In this document: positions 17,102 through 26,213 of the stretch, in pieces
How the letters are laid out: every line of letters begins with the position of its first letter
Numbering within the stretch: position 1 is the first letter of the stretch
NCBI GenBank assembly: GCA_047651235.1
Contig: CP178758.1
Span: 2,070,001-2,102,000, forward strand
Reading direction: 5' to 3'
From: Candidatus Electrothrix yaqonensis
GTDB lineage: Bacteria; Desulfobacterota; Desulfobulbia; Desulfobulbales; Desulfobulbaceae
DNA: 32,000 nt
Notes under the pieces: generated by a model
The model's input: the letters and a program-made list of their open reading frames with translations, nothing else
What the model was told of the DNA's origin: nothing
The model's database searches: none
Translations under genes and position numbers: made by a program

Positions 17102-19627
17102 TTATTTTTTGTCCTCACCGGGATGATGAAACAGAATCCCGTCTTCCGGAAGCTCCCGCCATTTCAGTTCAACCGGGCAGGGCTGAATATCCCATATTTT
17201 CCGGCTGTAGTCCATAATGGAGCGGTCGGAAGAGAATCTGCCCATCCGGGCGGTATTCAGGATCGACATCTTTGTCCAGGTCGGTTTATCCTCGAACAGG
17301 GTGCTGACATGCTGCTGGCAGTCGATATAGTTCTGATAATCGGCAAAGAGCATGTACGGGTCATGATGGAGCAGAGAATCAGTGAGCGGCCTGAACACTT
17401 CCCGATCGCCGGAGGCAAATATGCCGGAACCGATCAGATCAATCACTGCACGCAGCGCATCGTTACGGTGATAGTAGTCCATAGGCGTATAGCCCTTGTT
17501 CCGCAGCTGCGTCACCTCATCCACATTCATCCCGAACAGAAAGAAATTTTCCTCGCCCACCTCGTTGCGGATTTCCACATTGGCCCCGTCCAGCGTGCCG
17601 ATGGTCAGGGCGCCGTTCATGGAAAATTTCATGTTGCCGGTGCCGGAAGCCTCCATACCGGCCAAAGAGATCTGCTCGGAAAGATTGGCCATTGGGTAGA
17701 CAACATGACCTATTTTAACGTTATAATTGGAAATAAAAAAGACCTTGATTTGGTCGCGCACCACGGGGTCGTTATTCACCACCTGGGCCACTGCATTGAT
17801 CAGTCGGATGATCCTCTTGGCCATGAAATACCCCGGTGCGGCTTTGCCGCCGAACACAAACAGGCGCGGTGTGATTTCAAGGTTCGGGTCGTTTTTGATC
17901 CGGCTGTACAGGGTCAGGATATGCAAGATATTCAGATGCTGCCGTTTGTACTCGTGAATCCGCTTGACCTGGACATCAAACATGGCTGACGGGTCCACCC
18001 GTATGCCCTCACGTTCACGGATCAGGTCGGCAAACTCCTGTTTATTTTTTTCCTTGACGTCACGCCAGGCCTCCATGAACTGGGCATCCTCTGCCAGTTC
18101 TTCCAGCTTGTGCAGTTCATCAAGATGGGTGATCCATTTTTCACCGATAGCCTCGGTAATCAGCCGGGTAAGACGCGGGTTGCTCACCGCGATCCAGCGG
18201 CGCGGAGTGACGCCGTTGGTCACATTGCGGATTTTTCCCGGATACATGGCATTCCAATCCGCCAAGGTACAGCGGCGCAGCAGCTTGGTATGCATATCCG
18301 CGACTCCGTTGATGACCTTGGCTCCCATGCAGGCCAGATTGACCATCCGGAGCGACTTCGGCTCGTTTTCATCAATCAGCGACATCCGCTGCAGCCGCTC
18401 ATCATCACCGGGATACCTGATCCGCACCTCGTCCATGAAGCGGCGGTTCAGCTCAAAAATGATCTCCAGATGCCTGGGAAGCAGGCTGCCGAACAGATCC
18501 AGTGACCATTTTTCCATAGCTTCGGGCAGCAGGGTATGATTCGTATAACAGAGCGTTTTCCTGGTGATCTCCCAGGCTGCATCCCAGTCCATCAGGTGCA
18601 CATCCACCAGCAGCCGCATCAACTCGGGCACAGCCGCCGCCGGATGGGTATCGTTGAGTTGACCCTGAAAATGCTGATAAAAGTCATACAGATCGTTATG
18701 CCGGAACAGGTGCAGCCGGATCATATCCTGCAGCGAGCAGGAGACCAGAAAAAACTGCTGCTCCAAACGCAGCTTTTTCCCCTGAAACTGCTCATCATTC
18801 GGATACAGCACTTTGGTGATCGTCTCGGCCAGCACCTTGTCCTCCACAGCACCGTAATAATCCCCGGTATTGAAATCAGCAAAATCAAAGGAGGAATGGG
18901 CTCGGGCGCTCCACAGACGCAGATAGTTGACCGTGTTGACCTTGTAGCCCGGCACCGGAGTATCATAGGGCACACCAAGAACCACCCGCGCAGGCCGCCA
19001 GCGGATCCGGCGGATGCCTGTCTCCGTATGATAGACCTCGGACTTGCCGCCGAATCCGACTTCGCAGGCCATAACCGGTTTTTTGATGGCCCAGGGATCG
19101 CCGGAATGCAGCCAGCGGTCGCTCAGCTCCTTCTGTTCCCCCTGCTCGATTTCCTGACGGAACATGCCGTATTCATAGCGGATACCGTAACCGATCGCCG
19201 GGATCTGCAGCGCAGCCATAGAATCCAGATAGCAGGCTGCCAGCCTGCCCAGCCCGCCGTTGCCTAAGCCCGGCTCCTCCTCATGGTCAATGATTTTTTT
19301 CAGGTCCAGGCCGGTTTCCTCAGCGGCCCGGGCAAAATCGTCATACAGCCCCAAGTTAACCAAGTTGTTGTGCAGATGCGGCCCGGTGAGAAATTCCGCT
19401 GACAGATAACAGATAACCTTGGGATCCTTGTCCACCAATTCTTCAATGGAATTGACAAAGAGATGCTGCATCCGGTCCCGCAGGGTATAGGAGACCGCGA
19501 GATAATAATCGTTCAGAGTTGCGGTTCTGGTGGTAACCCCCTGCCGGTAAAAGAGGTTATAGGCAAAGGCGCGTTTGAGCTTGTTGATGCGTTTGCGTCG
19601 GGAATTTTTTGTAGCTTCTGCAGGCAT
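17102..19627 (-). CDS. glgP: glycogen/maltodextrin phosphorylase
   Basis: EASGTGNMKFSMNGALTIGTLDGANVEI pyridoxal-phosphate lysine motif. About 840 aa with GT35 architecture. I preferred the ATG at 19627 (MPAEATKNS) over 19669. Confidence 0.92.
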   Translation of the reverse strand: MPAEATKNSRRKRINKLKRAFAYNLFYRQGVTTRTATLNDYYLAVSYTLRDRMQHLFVNSIEELVDKDPKVICYLSAEFLTGPHLHNNLVNLGLYDDFARAAEETGLDLKKIIDHEEEPGLGNGGLGRLAACYLDSMAALQIPAIGYGIRYEYGMFRQEIEQGEQKELSDRWLHSGDPWAIKKPVMACEVGFGGKSEVYHTETGIRRIRWRPARVVLGVPYDTPVPGYKVNTVNYLRLWSARAHSSFDFADFNTGDYYGAVEDKVLAETITKVLYPNDEQFQGKKLRLEQQFFLVSCSLQDMIRLHLFRHNDLYDFYQHFQGQLNDTHPAAAVPELMRLLVDVHLMDWDAAWEITRKTLCYTNHTLLPEAMEKWSLDLFGSLLPRHLEIIFELNRRFMDEVRIRYPGDDERLQRMSLIDENEPKSLRMVNLACMGAKVINGVADMHTKLLRRCTLADWNAMYPGKIRNVTNGVTPRRWIAVSNPRLTRLITEAIGEKWITHLDELHKLEELAEDAQFMEAWRDVKEKNKQEFADLIREREGIRVDPSAMFDVQVKRIHEYKRQHLNILHILTLYSRIKNDPNLEITPRLFVFGGKAAPGYFMAKRIIRLINAVAQVVNNDPVVRDQIKVFFISNYNVKIGHVVYPMANLSEQISLAGMEASGTGNMKFSMNGALTIGTLDGANVEIRNEVGEENFFLFGMNVDEVTQLRNKGYTPMDYYHRNDALRAVIDLIGSGIFASGDREVFRPLTDSLLHHDPYMLFADYQNYIDCQQHVSTLFEDKPTWTKMSILNTARMGRFSSDRSIMDYSRKIWDIQPCPVELKWRELPEDGILFHHPGEDKK

Positions 19628-20115
19628 GGAAAGCACACTCTGTTTTGTGGAAGTACAGGAAAAAGTCAATTAACAGGACACTGTGTATCTATACCATACC
19701 AAAGTACAGCATTCCCGATTTTTTTTTCAGCCGGTCCGATCCGACCGGCCTGTTGGATTTTTCGTTATAGAAATTGTTTGATACGCGCCACCGGCATTGA
19801 TTAAACTTTTGCAAAATCTGAATTCCCGTTATATTCCGGTCATAATCTGTTCACCGTAACAACCGGAGAAGAGGCCGATTGAGCTGCAACAATTCAACGC
19901 TGCGTAACATCTGTTTGGAACACTAAACTATAACAGTTTACCTTTGTTCACAGTTTCGGTAGATTAATAAAGGAAACGTGAATTTTCCGTAAACCCCGAC
20001 AGGAAGCACCATCAACTCCGGACAGATTATTTCCCCGCAATATATTGTCCGGTCATTTTCAACTGTGATATATCCTGCTGGCATTCGGCAGGATGAGCAA
20101 GATGAACCAGACAAC

Positions 20116-21960
20116 ATGACGCCGCAGTTTTTCAGAGTGTTTTATTCTTTTTTCAGCAGGACAGGTCTTCCCGCCTTCCATGCCGGACCTCCTCGGTTCT
20201 CTTTTTTTCTCCTGTTCTGCCTCCTGATACCCGCAATACCCGCAGTGCTGCCTGCAGTCTGTCACGCCGTTCAGCTGACTGTGGAGGTAAAAGGTGTTGA
20301 AAAGGAGGAAGTCCATAAGAATATCCTGGCCAGCCTGAACATCGTCCGGCAGCAGGAGAATCCCGAACTCACTGAACAGGATATCCGGAAACTGCATAAG
20401 GCTGCACCGAAACAGATCGCTGCAGCCCTGGCACCGTTCGGGTATTATGCTGTGGAGGTGAAAGATGACGGTTCCCTGGAGAAAAATGCTGAGGGCTGGC
20501 ATGCAGTGTACGAGGTGGTCCTCGGCCCCCCGGTGCACGTTGAACATCTGAATATAGAGGTGAGAGGACCGGGAAAGAACAAACCTCTCTTTCAGGAGCT
20601 TGAAAAAAACTTTCCTCTTCAGCAGGGCACCCCGCTCAATGACCTGCAGTATGAAGCCGGAAAAAAGAAGATTTTGGAATTGGCTCTGCACAACGGATAT
20701 ATCAGAGCCCATTTCAGCAAACATACTGTTCGTATTCGGAAAAAAGACGGGCAGGCGGATATAGACCTCTGTCTGGAAACCGGGCCTTTGTTTTTTTTCG
20801 GCGAAACAACGGCTGATTCGGATATCCTGCAGTCGAAAATGCTGCAGCGCTACCTGCCTTATCAGCCGGGAGATGTTTATTCGCTGAAATTGCTGAACGA
20901 GCTGCAGGCAACCCTCTATGCCACCGGATATTTCAGTCAGGTGCTGGTGGAACCGAAACTGCCCTCCGGGGAGGATGAGGTGGATGAAGAACAGAGCATA
21001 CCGGTTGAAGTTCTTCTGACCCCGAATAAAAAAAACCGTTACAGCCTTGGAATAGGATATGGAACCGACACCGGAGCACGGGGAAATATCGGCTGGGAAA
21101 ACCGGATGTTCAACCGGCTCGGTCATAAACCTTCGTTCAATATTCAGCTGGCTGAAACAGGAAGCCGGGCCAGTGCGGATTATGAAATCCCGATTTTCGA
21201 CCTGCGGTACGATACTGCTGATATTGACGCGATTTTTTTTGATGAAACCTGGGATGATACTTGGATCAGGCAGTTTTCCCTCGGCACGTCGGTGAACCAT
21301 AATGCCCCGAAACGCCAGTTCGGCGCCGGGCTCGAATATCTGCATGAAGAATATACGGTCGGCGTGACCAGCGGCACGGCGGACCTGCTGATCCCTAACG
21401 GATACCTGACCATGATTCTGGCGGAAAACCGGATAAAAACAGAGCACGGCCTCCGTCTGACCGGTAGCCTCAAAGGGGCAAATACAGCGCTTCTTTCCAG
21501 CACCAGTTTTCTTCAGGCACGGGTGAACGGCAAGGCCATTCTGACCCCGCTGGAGAACTGGCGGCTGCTCGGTCGGTTTTCCATCGGAGCAACCATGATG
21601 GAATCCATTAATGACCTGCCGCCGTCACTTCGTTTTTATGCAGGCGGAGACCACTCTGTCCGCGGGTACGGTTATCGGGAGCTGGGACCGAAAGACCCGT
21701 CAGGAAAGATTATCGGCGGTCAGTATCTGACAGAAGCGAGCATAGAACTGGAACGCAGGCTGACCGACAGATGGAGCGCAGCCGCTTTTTATGATCTCGG
21801 CAATGCCTATGATACTATTGATGCCGCCCTGCAGTCAGGCGCCGGACTCGGCGTCCGCATGAATCTGCCCTTCGGACAGGTACGCCTGGATGTGGCCTGC
21901 GCCATTTCCGACGCGGATTATCCTCTGCGTATTCATCTGACCATCGGGGCGGATTTATAA
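20116..21960 (+). CDS. tamA: Omp85-family outer-membrane protein, TamA-like (POTRA domains plus beta-barrel)
   Basis: Long signal region ending AVCHA-VQL. POTRA-like VEVKGVE...NI segments. Barrel with RFYAGGDHSVRGYGYRELGP (Omp85 loop-6 type motif). The size, about 614 aa, fits TamA rather than BamA. The start is uncertain (20065 or 20116). Confidence 0.8.
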   Translation: MTPQFFRVFYSFFSRTGLPAFHAGPPRFSFFLLFCLLIPAIPAVLPAVCHAVQLTVEVKGVEKEEVHKNILASLNIVRQQENPELTEQDIRKLHKAAPKQIAAALAPFGYYAVEVKDDGSLEKNAEGWHAVYEVVLGPPVHVEHLNIEVRGPGKNKPLFQELEKNFPLQQGTPLNDLQYEAGKKKILELALHNGYIRAHFSKHTVRIRKKDGQADIDLCLETGPLFFFGETTADSDILQSKMLQRYLPYQPGDVYSLKLLNELQATLYATGYFSQVLVEPKLPSGEDEVDEEQSIPVEVLLTPNKKNRYSLGIGYGTDTGARGNIGWENRMFNRLGHKPSFNIQLAETGSRASADYEIPIFDLRYDTADIDAIFFDETWDDTWIRQFSLGTSVNHNAPKRQFGAGLEYLHEEYTVGVTSGTADLLIPNGYLTMILAENRIKTEHGLRLTGSLKGANTALLSSTSFLQARVNGKAILTPLENWRLLGRFSIGATMMESINDLPPSLRFYAGGDHSVRGYGYRELGPKDPSGKIIGGQYLTEASIELERRLTDRWSAAAFYDLGNAYDTIDAALQSGAGLGVRMNLPFGQVRLDVACAISDADYPLRIHLTIGADL

Positions 21961-22090
21961 AAACTCCAGTTACTGCGAGTTGCTGCGGTCTGGGTGAGGA
22001 GCAAAAAGGAACAGACAGTTCGGTTGAAATCATCGGTTGATCAGTCCTTCTTTGTAAACTTATTTGTAAAACATTACATCAGAGTCTGCT

Positions 22091-22474
22091 ATGCTGGAAG
22101 ATTATATAATCCGAGAGAAACGCGGTTTTCAGGGAACCGGCCCTGTTCTGGGAAGATCATATACGCTGGCATGGGGGATGCCCGGCTGGCCCGAATGGGT
22201 GACGTTCAACATGGCGGCATACAGTTCCATTCTGGTGGAAATCAGACCATTAAAAAGACCGTCCGGGGTCGTGCTGTACGGAAGCCGCGTTGCCACGCCC
22301 CGGCTCCTTGATGTTGTCTGGACCTACGACGAACTTCGCAATCCCGTCCAACTGCAGACCAGTACATACTGGCTTGACAGAGCAGGCTGCAATGCCACAG
22401 GATGCCCGAAACTCAAATTTCAGGTAACACGAGGCTCTCTTACAATCACCATTCTGGAAATGACCCAGCGTTGA
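22091..22474 (+). CDS. doubtful small ORF (127 aa), no recognised family
   Basis: Only evidence is ORF length and a reasonable amino-acid composition. No Shine-Dalgarno sequence. Overlapped by alternative ORFs at 21994-22311 (+) and 22250-22549 (-). Confidence 0.3.
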   Translation: MLEDYIIREKRGFQGTGPVLGRSYTLAWGMPGWPEWVTFNMAAYSSILVEIRPLKRPSGVVLYGSRVATPRLLDVVWTYDELRNPVQLQTSTYWLDRAGCNATGCPKLKFQVTRGSLTITILEMTQR

Positions 22475-22537
22475 AGGAAGGAGGCGATCCTGCTGAATTG
22501 CTGACCCGCGTTGCAGACACAGACTGTTTCTGTCAGC

Positions 22538-22561
22538 ACAACAGAACAACAGAACAACAGA
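22538..22561. repeat. perfect tandem repeat ACAACAGA x3
   Basis: Read directly: 22538-22545, 22546-22553 and 22554-22561 are identical 8-mers, in the intergenic region upstream of the 22720 gene. Confidence 0.9.
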
Positions 22562-22595
22562 GAGAATCGTTGCTCATCTTTGGTGCCAGTTTTCA

Positions 22596-22611
22596 GGGCT
22601 ACAATTTTGCC
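22596..22611 (+). promoter_or_regulatory. sigma54-like -24/-12 element
   Basis: gGGCtacaattTTGCc has GG at 22597-22598 and GC at 22609-22610, the canonical 12-nt offset (consensus TGGCAC-N5-TTGC). About 110 nt upstream of the ATG at 22720. Confidence 0.3.
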
Positions 22612-22621
22612 GGGATCACAG

Positions 22622-22650
22622 TTGACAGCTCTCTGTTTCCCGGCTAATAT
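22622..22650 (+). promoter_or_regulatory. sigma70-type promoter for the 22720 gene
   Basis: TTGACA (22622-22627), exactly 17 nt, TAATAT (22645-22650). AAGGAGA Shine-Dalgarno at 22704-22710 precedes the ATG at 22720. Confidence 0.5.
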
Positions 22651-22719
22651 TTGGCTGTACATTGCAGGAAAGAAGCTCGCATTATTTCAATTCAACGTAA
22701 AAAAAGGAGAAACAGGAAA

Positions 22720-23205
22720 ATGTTTGGAAAGAAAATTACGCTGTTCGCAATTGCCTGTGCTGCCTCTCTATCCCTTGCACAGACAGCAGCAGCCAGGGAA
22801 TTTGCTGAAATCTACATAGACTGCGGACTCGGTGCGATGATCGCCCCCCGTACTCCCGTAGTTGCTGCTGTAACCAACGTCACGTTTGATCTCGGCACCA
22901 CTGCAATTTTATCCAACATTTCTTCTCCTGAAACCTGCATGGGGGAACAGGCAAGAATGGCGACCTTCATTCATGATGCCTACGATTCTCTGGAGACTGA
23001 TCTGGCAGCAGGGGAGGGCAGCTACCTGGATTCTCTGACAGTGCTGGCCGGGGTGAGCGAAAACAACAAAGCATCCTTTGTCCGGGCAGTACGGGATGAT
23101 TTTGCCGCTTCTGTCGCTACTGAGAACTATACGCAGCAGACGCGATTTACAAAGGCTGAAAATCTCTATAATATCCTCCGGCAACAGCAGGAAGGCCAAA
23201 GTTGA
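22720..23205 (+). CDS. secreted protein, DUF3015-like (family assignment from memory)
   Basis: The ATG at 22720 gives signal peptide MFGKKITLFAIACAASLSLAQTAAA. DCGLGAMI...AAVTNVTFDLGTTAI...C...DLAAGEGSYLDSL resembles the DUF3015 pattern as I recall it. Good Shine-Dalgarno sequence and a terminator downstream. Confidence 0.7.
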   Translation: MFGKKITLFAIACAASLSLAQTAAAREFAEIYIDCGLGAMIAPRTPVVAAVTNVTFDLGTTAILSNISSPETCMGEQARMATFIHDAYDSLETDLAAGEGSYLDSLTVLAGVSENNKASFVRAVRDDFAASVATENYTQQTRFTKAENLYNILRQQQEGQS

Positions 23206-23242
23206 GTAAAGCCTGACCTGGATTACCAGGTATACATCAGAT

Positions 23243-23277
23243 TACGCCCTGCACCCGCCGGGCGTATTTTGTTTTTT
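23243..23277 (+). terminator. rho-independent terminator
   Basis: TACGCCC (23243-23249) pairs with GGGCGTA (23260-23266), followed by TTTTGTTTTTT. Confidence 0.7.
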
Positions 23278-23302
23278 CTGTTTTTTCTGTCCGTTCCCCG
23301 GA

Positions 23303-25207
23303 ATGCTCCCCTCCCTTCCTCTGCTGTTTCAGACTGCAGTACTCTTTTGTATATATCTCTCTTTTTTCTTTATCCCGCAGCCAGTCTTTGCTGAACGGTT
23401 CAGTGTATCCCCGGACCAGATCAGGCAGCTGGCCAGCCATCCTGTCTGGCTGAAACTGCTGCACGCTGAAACCGGGCAGAGTGAAGTGCTGACAGACGAT
23501 TTTTTCCTGGCTACCGAGGGCAAGGATGATCCGGAAGCAGAGCTGCAGGCTACCCTGGCAGCCTATTCCACCTCTTGGCTCCAGGATAATCCCGACAGTC
23601 ATGCCCGCTGCCGGTTCCCGGCCCGCTATTTCTGGCTCTCCAAACAGATATCCCTGCCGGAATATTCTCCGCAGCCGCAGCAGTGCACACGGCTGGCCAA
23701 GTGGTCATTACCGGATCAGGTCAAATCGGTCAGTCTGTTTCTGGTCAGCGGCTACCTCGGCAATCCCGCTTCGGTATTCGGCCACTCACTGCTGAAACTC
23801 AATACAGACAGCAGAGACGATCAGGCCGGTCTGTTTGATCTGACAGTCAATTACGGGGCCTTGGTTCCGGAGGACGAACCGGCCCTGCGCTATATCGCCA
23901 ACGGCATTACCGGGGGCTATCAGGCCGGTTTTTCCGACCGATATTTCTACACCCAGGATCTGGTCTACTCCCGGACAGAATTCCGCGATATCTGGGATTA
24001 TGAGCTGCACCTGTCCGAGGAGCAGAAGACCTTTCTGGTCTTCCACCTCTGGGAGATCCTCGGTAAAAAATTCACTTATTACTTTTTTGACCAGAACTGC
24101 GCATTCCGTCTTGCTGAGTTGCTGGAGCTGGTTCTGGAGGAACCGCTGCTGGAACATGCGGCAGTCTGGTACGCACCGGTTGAGACCTTTCACCGGCTGG
24201 AGGATATAGATCGAGCCAGAAAAAAACAGGGCAAAGAGCTACTTATCAGCTCTGTCCGTTTCATTCCCTCGGCGCAGCGGGCCCTGTACCACCGCTTCGG
24301 GCTGCTTGATGCCGAAGAGAAGCGGACTGTGCAGGCGGTTCTCCGGGATGGTGCAGATTCCCTGAATAAACATCTGAATCAGATTGCCGAAGAGCAGCGG
24401 CCGGAGGTGGTGGATACCCTGCTGGCCCATTCCAACTGTAGGCTGATTGCTCAGGCCCCTGCTCCTGCAGAAGAACTCCTGCAGGAGAAAAAGGAGCTGC
24501 TTCTTGCCCGGCTCCGCCTGCCGCCCCGGACAGCCCCTCCAGCAGAGGTACCTGCGCGGCAATCACCGGCCAAGGGGAACCGTCCCCAGCTGACCGGTCT
24601 CGGTATAGGCCATACCCCGGCCCGGAACACCTACCTGCGTTTGCACTGGGCCCCGTTTACTCAGGAAGGGGTGGGCCGGAACAATCTGGAAGGCGATGAG
24701 CTTGCTGTGCTGGATACGGTTGCCGGAATCGGCGGAGAAAAGGTGACGATCTTTATTGACCGCTTAGATCTGCTCAGAATCAGAAAGCTGAAAACTGATA
24801 TCCTGCCGACAGACGGGGAAAATGCCTGGTCATGGCAGTTACGGACCGGTATGGAATCGGTTGAAGAAAACAATACTACGATCTGGCAGGATGTGTTCTT
24901 CCGCTTCGGTGCGGGCCGGGCCGTGAAAATCGGCGACAGTATCACTGCCTATGCCATGCTTGATGCCTCAGCCCATAGCGAACAGCCCCATGTACGCCTG
25001 TTTCCACACATCGGCATTGTCAGCAAAGGAGAACGATTCGGGGCGCGGTTTTATGCAGGAGGGGAAAATATTATTAAAGGCGATGAGCCTGAACCAGTAT
25101 ACGGAGCTGAACTGCAGTACGGAGTATCTGAACAGTTTGCTGTCGCCCTCAGTGCAGCCCGCAGGAGAAAAACAAAAATAGCCGTGGAGCTGAAATGGTA
25201 CTGGTAA
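23303..25207 (+). CDS. DUF4105 (Lnb-N-like) domain protein with a large C-terminal extension
   Basis: Signal peptide ending VFA-ERF. HARCRFPARYFWL and SVFGHSLLKL match the CRFPAR / FGH..L signatures I associate with DUF4105. The C-terminal third has alternating beta-strand-like character. Confidence 0.75.
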   Translation: MLPSLPLLFQTAVLFCIYLSFFFIPQPVFAERFSVSPDQIRQLASHPVWLKLLHAETGQSEVLTDDFFLATEGKDDPEAELQATLAAYSTSWLQDNPDSHARCRFPARYFWLSKQISLPEYSPQPQQCTRLAKWSLPDQVKSVSLFLVSGYLGNPASVFGHSLLKLNTDSRDDQAGLFDLTVNYGALVPEDEPALRYIANGITGGYQAGFSDRYFYTQDLVYSRTEFRDIWDYELHLSEEQKTFLVFHLWEILGKKFTYYFFDQNCAFRLAELLELVLEEPLLEHAAVWYAPVETFHRLEDIDRARKKQGKELLISSVRFIPSAQRALYHRFGLLDAEEKRTVQAVLRDGADSLNKHLNQIAEEQRPEVVDTLLAHSNCRLIAQAPAPAEELLQEKKELLLARLRLPPRTAPPAEVPARQSPAKGNRPQLTGLGIGHTPARNTYLRLHWAPFTQEGVGRNNLEGDELAVLDTVAGIGGEKVTIFIDRLDLLRIRKLKTDILPTDGENAWSWQLRTGMESVEENNTTIWQDVFFRFGAGRAVKIGDSITAYAMLDASAHSEQPHVRLFPHIGIVSKGERFGARFYAGGENIIKGDEPEPVYGAELQYGVSEQFAVALSAARRRKTKIAVELKWYW

Positions 25208-25234
25208 CAGGTAACAGACCGTTTCTGCCGGAGA

Positions 25235-26032
25235 TCATTCCCCGCCGAGAATAGTGGTCAGTCTGCCGTACCGGGACCGCATTCCGTTCGCAACCGGAGA
25301 ATAATGCCGCTGTTTTCCCCGCTCCTCCAGCGTCATATTTTTCCACTTCCACGGGGGAACCGGGGCAGTGTCAGTCCACAAGCCCTTTTTCTTTGCCTGC
25401 GCGGTACGCTGGTCTGCTTCCCAGGAGCTGCAGAAGGATTCATAGCAATGCTCCTTATTCACCCAGGCATAGCCCCCCTTGACCAGCAGCCCGTTTACAT
25501 TTCTTCCGTTGACCAGAACAACAGCCAGACATCTGCTGGTCCCGTTCCCCTCGTAAATTTTATCATACAGCTGAAGCTGTATATTTTTTCTGCCGATGAA
25601 ACGGGCTGCAGCCCGTGCAGCTTCCGGCCCGTATAGCTGCGTCTTCTCAGGCGCATCAATACCATACAGACTGACTTTGCACGGCGAGCCGTTTATCACT
25701 ACCTCTATTGTATCACCATCCTCAATACTCACCACTTTTGCAGGTTGAGATTTCTTCGGAACCGGAGGAGTGATCACTATGCTGCTGTTGACTGAACTTG
25801 TATAGCTTTCTCCTTTTGTTCTTTTTGACGCCGAAGTGCTGCTGCTTCCGGAAGCGGAGCGGCTCCTGCTTCCTGCTTGTGAATACGCTTTACTTCGTGA
25901 TTCTGAAGAGTCTTTCAAGGTCGAACGCAGATACTGCTTGCTTTTCGGATTTACCCCGATGGAAAAGGCATTACCGGCAGAGCAGATAAAAAGGGCGGCA
26001 AGGAGACAACTGACAAGGTTACGGGACAGCAT
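25235..26032 (-). CDS. secreted thermonuclease (staphylococcal nuclease / SNase fold)
   Basis: Signal peptide MLSRNLVSCLLAALFICSAGNAFS. Ser-rich linker. SNase core VVSIEDGDTIEV...VSLYGIDAPE...GGYAWV...A..AQAKKKGLW. Confidence 0.85.
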   Translation of the reverse strand: MLSRNLVSCLLAALFICSAGNAFSIGVNPKSKQYLRSTLKDSSESRSKAYSQAGSRSRSASGSSSTSASKRTKGESYTSSVNSSIVITPPVPKKSQPAKVVSIEDGDTIEVVINGSPCKVSLYGIDAPEKTQLYGPEAARAAARFIGRKNIQLQLYDKIYEGNGTSRCLAVVLVNGRNVNGLLVKGGYAWVNKEHCYESFCSSWEADQRTAQAKKKGLWTDTAPVPPWKWKNMTLEERGKQRHYSPVANGMRSRYGRLTTILGGE

Positions 26033-26213
26033 AGTGAAGAGTGCATATGATATTTATGGAAACCGGCTCTGCAAGCCGCTCTGATCTCTCTTTCAGCAAA
26101 GCACAGTACGCAGGAGAACGTCAACTATAATCAATCAATGTTACGCACTGATATTATGCGCCTCCTGCGCATCGGTCAATGTCCGGAACAGCCCGTTTTA
26201 CGGGATCATCCCG

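Noticed and set aside
17123-19267. Long plus-strand ORFs (288, 191, 131 and 243 aa) opposite glgP. Similar antisense ORFs lie opposite topB (6818-7492), coaBC (13523-14191), darP (15085-15651) and the coiled-coil gene (4089-4667, 4288-4827).
   Set aside because: All lie inside strongly supported genes on the other strand. Their compositions (Arg/Ser/Pro/Gly-rich) are typical of antisense frames, and none has a motif.
20059-21447. A 462-aa ORF on the minus strand, opposite the TamA-like gene.
   Set aside because: It is codon-aligned antisense to the plus-strand gene, so stops can arise only from sense TTA/CTA/TCA codons, which this organism rarely uses. The product is low-complexity, with no start context or recognisable motif. 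It is a shadow ORF.
22652-22666. TGGCTGTACATTGCA as a sigma54 promoter.
   Set aside because: The GG-to-GC offset is 11 nt rather than the strictly conserved 12 nt. It also overlaps the expected transcription start of the better sigma70 promoter.
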